A stretch of DNA of 64,000 nt. Origin: the human T2T-CHM13v2.0 reference genome, Homo sapiens. The stretch lies in NCBI RefSeq assembly GCF_009914755.1, contig NC_060935.1, one strand, 5' to 3'. Below the pieces are notes generated by a model. It saw only the letters and a list, made by a program, of their open reading frames with translations. It was not told the origin of the DNA and made no database searches. Below, one piece after another: positions 54,680 through 64,000 of the stretch. The translations under genes and the position numbers were made by a program. The first letter of the stretch is position 1, and each line of letters opens with the position of its first letter.

Positions 54680-56710
54680 TTTTTAAAGTAGACTTTATGT
54701 TTTAGAACATCTTTAGCTTTACAGAAATATTGCAAAGATAGTACCTAGAGTTCCTGTCTATCTTACGCCCAGTTTCCCTTGACATCTTTGTTAAAAATAA
54801 TGAACCGATGTTAATAGATTATCATTAGCCAAAGTGCATACCTTATTTAGATTCTATAGTTTTTTACCTAATGTCATTTTCTGATCCAGGGTACCAGATT
54901 ACATATAGTCATCATGTCTCCTTAGGCCCTTCATGGATGTTACAGTTCCTCAGATTTCCCTTGTTTATGATAATCTTCAAAGTTTGAAGAGTGCTGGTCA
55001 GCTGTTTTGGATAATGCCTCTCTATTGGAATTTGTCTGATTCTTTTTCTCATGGTTTGACTGGGGTTATGGTTTTTTTTGGGAGGAAGATCACAGAGGTA
55101 AAGTGCCATGTTCATCACATCTTATCCGTGGTATATACTATCAACATTGTTTATCACTGTTGATTATGACCTTGATCATCTGGTGGAGGTAGTGTTTTTC
55201 AGGTTTCTCCACTGTAAACTTACTCCTTTTTCCCCCTTTCCATACTGTTCTTTTTGGAAGGAAGTCACTATGGGCAACCCACACTTACAGAGTGGGAAGT
55301 TATTCTCCCCCTCCTTGAAGGCAGAGAATCTACATGCATTATTTAGAACTTTTCTGCCAGGGAGATTTGTCTCTTTTCTCCCATTTACTTATTTATATCA
55401 GCATAGACTCATGGCTGTTTATTTTATACTTTGAGTTATAATCCACTACACCTTTATGTTCTTACTTGAATTGTTCCAGCTTTGGGCACTGGGAGATCAT
55501 ACAGTTGACTCCTGTGTCCCTTTGACATACCTTCATTATTGCGTGTGTATATGCTAGTGGTGGTGGGGCTTGAGTGTGTGTGTGTGCTTTCATGTCTTTA
55601 CTTTCTGGGCCTATTAGATGCACCAGGCTTATCTTGTATAGTTCCTGTCCCAGTGCTAGTATCATTCATTTCTCCAAAAATATTACCAGGTTCTCCTGAT
55701 TCCTTTTATTGGACGATGGTATTAGAATCAAGATCAGGGGATGAGGTGTGCTCATTGCTACTGGGGTATGACTTCCTTTAGGCCTTCTCAGCTGACAGAG
55801 AAAGGAAATACCCTTATTATCTGTGGGGTATTTCCACAGATAATGTGGGTATTATCTGTGTTCCAGCACCCCACTCCCCACAGATACCAAAATCTGCAGA
55901 TGCTCAAATTCCTTATGTAACATGGTATATAGTATTTGCATATAACCTATGCTCATCCTCCTGTGTACCTTAAATCCTTGCTAGATTACTTATAATACCT
56001 AATACAATGTAAATGCTTATATAAATAGTTGTTATGCTATATTGTTTAGGGAATAATGGTAAGAAAAGTCTGTACATGTTCAGTACAGAAGCAAGCATCC
56101 ATATTTTTTTCCAAATATTTTCAATCCATGGTTGGTTGAATCCATGGATGCAGAACCCCTGGATATGGAGAGCCGACTGTATATGCATATCCATGTTTAT
56201 CTTAGTATATACACATAAGTATAAATATTTCTCTATAAAACCATCTGTATCTACATGTGCTAAACATGACTTCATACTGATGGTCCAATTCTAATCCATT
56301 CCACATGGATCATTCTAGCTTCCTCCTCTTGCTTATCTGTAAACACTCACTCTAACAGTAAGAAACCTGGCCTTCACCATACACCATCCATTTACCTAAT
56401 TGTTCAATTCCAGCATACATGTATATTCCTATTATTAACGCATACCTCTATAGGAAATAACTTTATCAACTAAAGTACAGGTTTTGTTCTCAGTTTCTTT
56501 TGCCTTTAGTCTTATAAATTCTACTTATTTACAAAGCTACTTATGTCAACACCTTTCCTCCCACTCTCTTCACTGAGATTGTTTCATACATTTGTAATGC
56601 AGTTAGATTCTTTTGTTATCATCTACATTTCATCCTGGGATCCCCTCCTACGTGATTTTTAGAATTTGCCTACATCAAGTTTCACTCTTAGTGAAGTTCT
56701 GTGGGCTTTT
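54680..56710 (-). mobile_element. L1MC-family LINE 3' region, interrupted by MER2
   Basis: AGACTTTATGTTTTAGAACA...CATGTCTCCTTAGG...GAGTGCTGGTCAG resemble L1MC 3'UTR; AT-rich. Confidence 0.75.
55811..56180 (+). mobile_element. MER2 (TcMar-Tigger) MITE
   Basis: GATACCAAAATCTGCAGATGCTCAA...TTATAATACCTAATACAATGTAAATGCT...GGTTGAATCCATGGATGCAGAACCC...GCCGACTG|TA. Confidence 0.88.
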
Positions 56711-57231
56711 GGAGGTAAATGCAACCTCTAAAATATTTTATGCACATTTAAAAATCTGTACCCAACTGGGTAGGATTGGGTACAACCAAATGTTGTTTTA
56801 TCTCTGTTTTGCAGAGGAGAGAACTGAGATATGGAGAATTTAAGTGACTTCTTTAAGGTCTCATAGCTTTCAGTTACATTAGGATTTGAACCTGAGACTT
56901 TTGACTAAAGGGTGTGGGCTTTATTCCCACACAGGTGACATGTCCAGAGGGGACTAGAGGATGAGTGGGTTGAACAAAGAAGATGATGTTTTAGATACAA
57001 TGATTTTGAGCTGTTTCAGGGATTTTCTGTACTCCTGGGCAGGAACTCAGAAGGATGGTTGTGGCTGGTTGCACAATGTATTTCTTTAAAGTTTCAAGCC
57101 CTGATCATTCTGTCATTTCACTGTGTCACTCTCCTGGTTCACTTTCTCAGGTTGGCTGTTGGACTTAAGATAAAGTCTAAAAATATTTCAAGGCTCTGCC
57201 TAAGCTGGCCTTTACCTACCTCTTGAACTTT

Positions 57232-57378
57232 TTAAAAAATTATTTTTATTTTTTATTTTTGTAGAGACAGGGTCTCTGTATGTTGAGCAGGCTGGTCTTG
57301 AACTCCTGGGCTTAAGAGATCCTCCTGCCTCAGCTGCCAAAGGACTGGAGTTACAGGCGTAAGCCACTGTGCCCAGCC
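57232..57378 (-). mobile_element. FLAM-C-like left-monomer Alu
   Basis: Single left arm; TSD TTGAAC[T/C]TT. Confidence 0.85.
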
Positions 57379-57539
57379 TTGAACCTTATCTTAAACCACT
57401 TTGCCTGATGGGTTCTGGTCCCTCTAGTCTTCTTTATGCCCTTGAATGCATTAAACGACTTCCTGTAACAGAGCTTTTGTACAAGTTGTTCCTTTTGCCT
57501 GGATGTCTCCTTCTTCTTCTTCTCTCTTTGCCCAACTAG

Positions 57540-57933
<394 letters not shown>

Positions 57934-58882
57934 AGTAACACTTTCTTAATCAGATTGCTATGAGAGTTAGGCAAGTGAATATATATAGAGAGATTTGAAC
58001 AGCACCTGAACATACTAATTCCACATGAAAGTTAGTTGTTGGTTGTAATATCATAATAATATTGTGGTATTATTATGATAATTTTATGTTATTATCATTC
58101 CCTAGGAAGGCCTTTCCTACCTCTGCAGACTAAGTCTGGTTCAGTCATATGCTTTTCTAACACTCTACACCTGCTTACAGCACTGATCACAATTATAATT
58201 GAGTAATCAACTTTGTAATTACTTACTTAATGTCTGTGTCCCACACAAGTATGTAATTTCCTTGAGGACAGAAACTTTGTCTTATCACTGAATCCATAAA
58301 GTCTGATACAGTATGCCTTGCACATAGTTGGTGCTCAGTTAAGTGTTTAAATGAATGATTGTGTGGATGTTTTCCTGTGGAGGGAGGTATAAAAGGGGCC
58401 CAGTGTGTGACCATTTGAGAGATAGAGAACCTGAGGCCCAGAGAATATTACCTCATTTCCTGCCTGCCTGTCAGTGGAGTGCAGGATGTGAACATGAAAT
58501 GAATTATAAAAACACCCACAAAGGGATGAAATTAAAGTTCTGGGTTGTGATGAGGTGGGGGAGGCCAGTGTTTCTCAGGCTGGACTCTGGGCCATCTGGG
58601 TTCCATCTCTGCTCTGTGTCTTTAGATAACCTGAGAGTTGACTACCATTTTTATTAGTGTTATCGCATTCTGCTACTAACCTTCTCCAACCTGAGCCTCT
58701 GCCTGCCCATTCCCAGACGAGGGTATTTGGTTGGATGATCCCTGATATCTTTGGGGCTCTGTCTGTCATTCTGAGGAAACTGTCTCTCAAGCTGGGCTGG
58801 GGTCTCTGTCCCTAGAGGGCTCTGTTGTATCCAGCAGGAGGGTCAGACCAACACTGCCCCATTGACCTTTCTATCTCTCCAG

Positions 58883-59015
58883 AACCAAGATGGAGCCTGT
58901 GTCCAGTCAGTGTCAGTGATTCTGCACCAGGACCCTCGGAGGCAGGTGACCCTGACCCAGGCAGGGGATGTCCTTCTGTTTGACCAGTACAAGATCATCC
59001 CGCCATACACAGATG
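58883..59015 (+). CDS. OTOG: Otogelin exon 16 (VWD2), [16 protein letters not shown]...PPYTD
   Basis: 133 nt, TCCAG| and |GTACG. Confidence 0.95.
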
Positions 59016-59939
59016 GTACGGTTTGGGGTGGACAACAGACCTAGTTGGGAACTGAGGGTTTGGACCTCTCTTCCCAGGATCCTCTGGCTAAAAGCACTGC
59101 TACCCTGGCAAAAACTCATATTCTAGTACTGGGTAGATCAGGATAGGGGACACTTTGGTTGCAAAAATGTGGACTCCAAAAATGTGTCTTTGTCCCACCT
59201 CAACAGGACAGTGGACTTCCTAGTAGCATGATGGCTTCTCCTAACATGAACATATACATGGGTGTTTCCCATCCTGACTCTCATAACTTGTTTATTAACT
59301 ACTTGTTATACTGTCTGATTCCACAAGGAACTTATGTGTAGCTCATAAGAAACACATGTAACAAAAATGGCAAAACGATTAAGAAATAAAAACCTAGCAC
59401 CAGAAAGAAAGAAAAACAACAACAGGGGCTCAAGGTTGGGAGGAGTGGGGATGCACTGGGTGTCAACAGGCTGCAGAAATAAATATAAACCATAAAGGGT
59501 ATAAAATGTTCTACAATAAAATCTAAAATTTAAATTTGTTACACTTGAATCTAAAATTGTATCATGAGCTTCCATAATAAAACTGTGTTGTGGCCACTGT
59601 GAAGAGAATGGGTAGTTACAGAATCCTCCTTCTGCTAGAGGAGGAAACGTGTACCAGTTCCTTAGTGGGAGCAAAGCTTTAATTGGCACTTGATGCTAAA
59701 AAAAATTTCTTAGCCCAGGCTGCAGTGGGAAGTTATCTCTGGGTCCTGATTTCATCACTGAACAGGGTTTCCTCAAGCCTCCCCATACCAGCTTCATGGC
59801 AGGCACGCAGGCAGGCAGGCAGGCAGGGGGCGAAGACTGGGCCGGGCGTGGGAGTCTGAGCGGGCCAGGCAGGTGGTGGTGGTGGGCGGGGTGTGTACTG
59901 GCTGCCCTCCCACTCTCTCCTTTTGGATTCTGTGCCCAG

Positions 59940-60117
59940 ATGCCTTTGAGATCCGTAGGCTGTCCTCCGTGTTCCTGCGGGTGAGGACGAACGTGGGCGT
60001 GCGGGTGCTCTACGACCGTGAAGGGCTCCGACTGTACCTGCAAGTGGACCAGCGATGGGTGGAGGATACCGTGGGCCTCTGCGGCACCTTCAATGGCAAC
60101 ACGCAGGATGACTTCCT
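59940..60117 (+). CDS. OTOG: Otogelin exon 17 (VWD2), [11 protein letters not shown]...[16 protein letters not shown]
   Basis: 178 nt, CCCAG| and |GTACGT. Confidence 0.96.
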
Positions 60118-60283
60118 GTACGTAGCCCTGCCACGGAACCTGAAGAAGAGGGGAAATGGGCCCCTTAGGGCTGGGTATCTAGAGGCACTGCCTAAATGTC
60201 TCTCCCGTGAGCCTTCACTGTGCCCAGCATGCACCATTAGTTATTGATTTCTCTACATTTAAATTTAATTATGTTTCTTTAAA

Positions 60284-60455
60284 GCAGCGGTTCACAGTCC
60301 TCTATGTGTGGAATCACCTCAGGAGCTTGTTAAAACACTGATTCCTGAGTCCCGCTCCCCAGGATTTAGGGTGGACTCAGGAATCCTATTTTTGATAAGC
60401 ACCTCTAAGATTCCAGTATGGGAGGTCTATGGGCCACACCTTGAGAAATGCTGTT
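60284..60455. mobile_element. MER5A-like hAT MITE
   Basis: GAATCACCT...GAGCTTGTTAAAA...GATTCCTG...TTGAGAAATGCTG. Confidence 0.7.
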
Positions 60456-60474
60456 TTAGAATGAGGTCTTAAAA

Positions 60475-60668
60475 CCGGGGACCTCAGACTGACTGATTTG
60501 GCTCATGGTTTTGTTTGTTTTAATTGAGGTGGACACCACCTTTAGGTGAGTGTAAGCCCCTAGTGAGCCAAGAACACTAACATTCCCACTTTCTAACCCA
60601 CCAGGCCAGTCTAACCCTTGTGCCTTTCCTACCTGGTACTTGAAGGCTCTTGAGTTTGCACGCCGTGA
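60475..60668 (-). mobile_element. MER102-like hAT fragment
   Basis: ACCTGG...GAAGGC..TTGAGTTTGCACGCC terminus resembles recalled consensus. Confidence 0.45.
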
Positions 60669-61472
60669 GCCTCCCCATATTCAGGGAAAGGCTGTTTTCT
60701 GTGAGCTGACATATTTGGGCACAGACGTAGGTTAGGAACTTAGGAAGGTTGATTTTAAAGGCTGGAGATCCTGGCCAGTCCTTGGAGTTCCACACATTAG
60801 GGGATGCAGAAGGAAACAGGGGAGGCATTCTTTAGCCAAAACGGAGAATTCAGATTTGCTGTGAAGAACAAGAACAAAATAAAGCTCAGAGCTTTTCAAT
60901 GCATATATATTTAAAACTGTGGCATTCTACTATGCTTTGCCTAGTAGGGCAGATGTTAGGGTAGCTGGCCAAATAGTAGGGGGAGACCTTGGTTTAGTGT
61001 GTAAGCTGTTTGCCACTTTCCTAAATGTAACCTTTGGGTAGGAATATTGCCCTACATAATATGAGTGTACTCATTGCCCCAGAACAATAGTTGGGCATGG
61101 TGGGTGCCAGGCAGAACCTGCCCCCCAGAGAGACCATGACCTCCCTCCGCTCAACACCTACACCTGGGTTTGGTGACTCTTGGAGACTTGTGATGCCTAG
61201 GAAACATGCTCATCCCCCTTCCTCCCTTCACTGCCCCTTGTATGACGGTTTCCTACTGAGAGAGCCAAAGGGCGAGCCAAGGAGTTTTCAGGAACTGCCC
61301 ATGGAGAAAGGGGGAGGAAAAGTCTTACCCCCATGGTGTTTGATACTCTTCATGATGTCCCTGTTTCTTTTTCTGACCTGAAGAGCTGGGGGTGGGGAAT
61401 GAAGCCATATTCATTCCCCGCCCCAAGTGGACAATCCTAGCCCATTTTGAGCCCTTTTGGGACCTGTTAAAT

Positions 61473-61800
61473 GTTGTGTGTCTGCGTGTGTGTGTGTGTG
61501 TGCGTGCGCGCACGCATGCATGTGTACATCCATGATTCTATGTGTTTGAATGTGGCTGTGTGGACCACTTTGGCTATATGCATGTCTGGCATATATTTGT
61601 GCTCTGTGTGTGTGTTGAGAGTGTGTGCGTATACATGTTACATATTTGGGTGAGTACACGTGCTCCTCTGAGTGTGTGTATATGGATGTGTAGATTATGA
61701 CTATGTGTGTGTATATGAGCAAGTAGGTGTTACCTGGATCTATGCTATTTGTGCCCCCTGAGTCCACAGGGGCAAGTGTGTGAATATGGCTGTGACATGG
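61473..61800. repeat. TG-rich low-complexity tract before OTOG exon 18
   Basis: Direct reading; 47-bp perfect purine/pyrimidine alternation at 61483-61529. Confidence 0.9.
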
Positions 61801-61806
61801 CTGCAG

Positions 61807-61931
61807 GTCTCCAGTGGGTGTACCTGAGAGCACCCCACAACTTTTTGGCAATTCCTGGAAAACACTTTCTGCTTGCTCCCCGCTGGTCCCTGGCTCCCCT
61901 CTGGACCCCTGCGATGTGCACCTGCAAGCCG
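61807..61931 (+). CDS. OTOG: Otogelin exon 18, [41 protein letters not shown]
   Basis: 125 nt, CTGCAG| and |GTGAGT; phase 2 to 1 links exons 17 and 19. Confidence 0.94.
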
Positions 61932-62804
61932 GTGAGTTGGTGGGGGAAGAGGAGAGGCATGGTTGAGTGGGGTGGGGAGGACTGCTTTGAGAGAGATGAA
62001 AAGGGAACTCCGGGCAGGAGAGTGCTGGCCAAATTTGTAGGAGTGATAAGAGAAGGAGGAGCAGCAGGGAGGGGAAAGGAGAGACAGTGAGGGCCAGGCA
62101 GGCAGGAAGCCTCATATTCTTCCACTATCAGATATACACACACACCTTTATACTGGCTTCTCCATCTCAGGGCAAAAGCGGAAGTCGGCCCCATGGCCCC
62201 ACCAGGCCCCACCCTCTCTGCCCATGCCCCCCTTCTCACCTCCTACTCTCACCGCCCTCTGCTCTGCCCCAGCAGCCCTGGCCTCCTTGTTCTTTCTACA
62301 CAGTCAGGACTGCTCTCCTCTCCAGGCCTTTGCACTTGGCAGTTGCCTGGAATGCTGTTTCTGCAGACACACACATGCCTCAGTTCCTCACTTCTTTCAG
62401 ATTTGTGCTCAAACCTCATTCCCTCACTGAGGCCTTCCTGACTGCCTGAATTCAAATTGCAGTTGCCCCTCCTGCCTCACCTCATACACCCATGCTGCTT
62501 CTTAGCTTTCTCTCGCTTCTTACCTTCTTCACCTTTGAAGTTTCTATATGAATTTTTTAGTGACTGTCTCCTTTGACCAGAATGTAAGCTCCAGGGATTT
62601 TTGTCAAGCCACGTATTCACACCCAGATGTACTAAACCACACCCATACCTTCCCAGCCAGCTGTACACTGAAGTAGCTGCCTACATCCGTACTGCGTGTG
62701 CACACACACACACCCCTGAGCCATGGGGAGGGAGAGAGGCTGATCCTGGGACACCAGGTAGACCGACTCCCCTGACTGCCTGGCTCCTGTTCTTCCTTCC
62801 CCAG

Positions 62805-63017
62805 CCTCCTACTCAGTGCAGGCCTGCAGCGTGCTCACGGGGGAGATGTTTGCGCCCTGCTCTGCGTTCCTGAGCCCCGTGCCCTACTTTGAGCAGTGCC
62901 GCAGGGATGCCTGCCGCTGCGGGCAGCCCTGCCTGTGCGCCACACTGGCCCACTACGCCCACCTGTGCCGGCGCCATGGGCTCCCCGTTGATTTCCGCGC
63001 CCGCCTGCCAGCCTGTG
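62805..63017 (+). CDS. OTOG: Otogelin exon 19 (C8-2), [18 protein letters not shown]...RARLPAC
   Basis: 213 nt phase 1-1, CCCCAG| and |GTGAGT. Confidence 0.96.
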
Positions 63018-63671
63018 GTGAGTGCCCCACCCATGTGAGGCTGAGCTGGAGGAGCCAGAGCTCCAGACCTGAGTGTTCCCTGCCCCTGAAACTCTCCACT
63101 GGGATGCCCTCCAGTCTCCTCCAGCCTGACTGCACCCAGAGCCTGCTTCTCCTCCTGCACCCTCCATCTCTGCCAATGGCCCCCATCCCCTCCATCACTC
63201 AGGCATAACACCTGGGACCTGTGACTCAGGACTGCTTCTGTCACGCTTACTTCCAGTCCATCTCAAGTCCTGTCAGTCCTGTTAATCCCAAATTCACCCA
63301 CTTCTTACCACCTCCGCCACCCTACTCAGAGCCACCTTGCGTTGCACCTTTCAAAAGACCACTGGCTGTTGCCCTGGGGTTTGAGTACACACACAACTTC
63401 AATATCATGAGCCAGCCCCTACCCGTCCCTACCCTGACCCTGGGCTATGCTCCTTCCCATGTCTTCATCACCTCTGTGTCCCCAGCTCTGGCACAAGGCC
63501 TGACTCTCAGTAAGCTTTTAGCAAATGTTTGTTGAATAAATGAAAAAGGCACTGTACTGGGAGTCAGGAGGCCTGAGTTCTATTCCAGCCCTGCAGGTGA
63601 CTTGCTGTGTGTCCCTAGGCAGGGCCCTGATTCTCTCTGAGCTAGTTTCCCCAAAAGGGATTGGACAGGCC

Positions 63672-63850
63672 CACTGGTTCTTAACCCTGGCTGCATATTA
63701 GAGTTACCATAGGAGCTTTCAAAAGATTCACACATCTGGGCCACATCGAGTATCAACGAAGGCAACATATCTGGCAGTGGGGCCCAGGCATCAGCATTTT
63801 CAGAAGCTCCCCAGGTGGCTTTGATGTGCAGCCTGGGTTGAGAACAGCTG
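63672..63850. mobile_element. MER5A/B-like hAT MITE
   Basis: TGGTTCTTAACCCTGGCTGCATATTAGA...AAGCTCCCCAGGTG...GGGTTGAGAACAGCTG with TIR-like ends. Confidence 0.75.
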
Positions 63851-64000
63851 AACTGGATGGTCTCAGTGGATCTACTGGATCCCACAGAGTGTAGGAGACT
63901 CTGGGGGGAGTGGGATGCTGGCCACACAAGGAGAGGGCAGTCTTGAGTCTTGGGACAAAGGGAGCAAAACAGGCTGCTAGAGGGAGCACAGTTGATATCC

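Noticed and set aside
60110-61810. Possible U12-type intron 17 in OTOG
   Set aside because: Donor GTACGT is not GTATCCTT and there is no TCCTTAAC branch site
61411-62239. 234-aa and 164-aa minus-strand ORFs
   Set aside because: Antisense to OTOG exon 18 across TG/CA repeats (His/Thr-rich), no domain signature

Overview
Human (or great-ape) genomic DNA, recognisable as chr11p15.1, with two hearing-loss genes arranged head-to-head. USH1C (harmonin; Usher 1C/DFNB18A) is on the minus strand: 18 coding exons run from the ATG at 34040 down to position 4, and the gene continues off the left edge. These include the isoform-a exon 15 and the isoform-b exons 16-18. OTOG (otogelin; DFNB18B) is on the plus strand: coding exons 1-19 span 37106-63017 (signal peptide, EGF-like, VWD1-C8-TIL, VWD2-C8), and the gene continues off the right edge. 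All exon boundaries were placed by hand on GT/AG sites and the reading frames join without stops. Introns carry 14 Alu-family copies (most with target-site duplications), many MIR/L2 relics, an L1MC interrupted by MER2, Charlie/MER5 DNA transposons and the known 45-bp USH1C intron-5 VNTR (6 copies here). There are no prokaryotic-type systems, CRISPR arrays or structural RNA genes. The best candidates for undescribed features are: (1) a degenerate ~33-bp-period array of ~17 conserved cores between USH1C b-exons 17 and 18; (2) a TSD-flanked, 3'UTR-like AT-rich retro-insertion splitting a MIR in OTOG intron 15; (3) a T40-driven 55-nt poison-exon candidate in OTOG intron 3; (4) a single-nucleotide splice switch at the end of USH1C exon 14. 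Repeat subfamily names and variant identifiers are from recall and need database confirmation.
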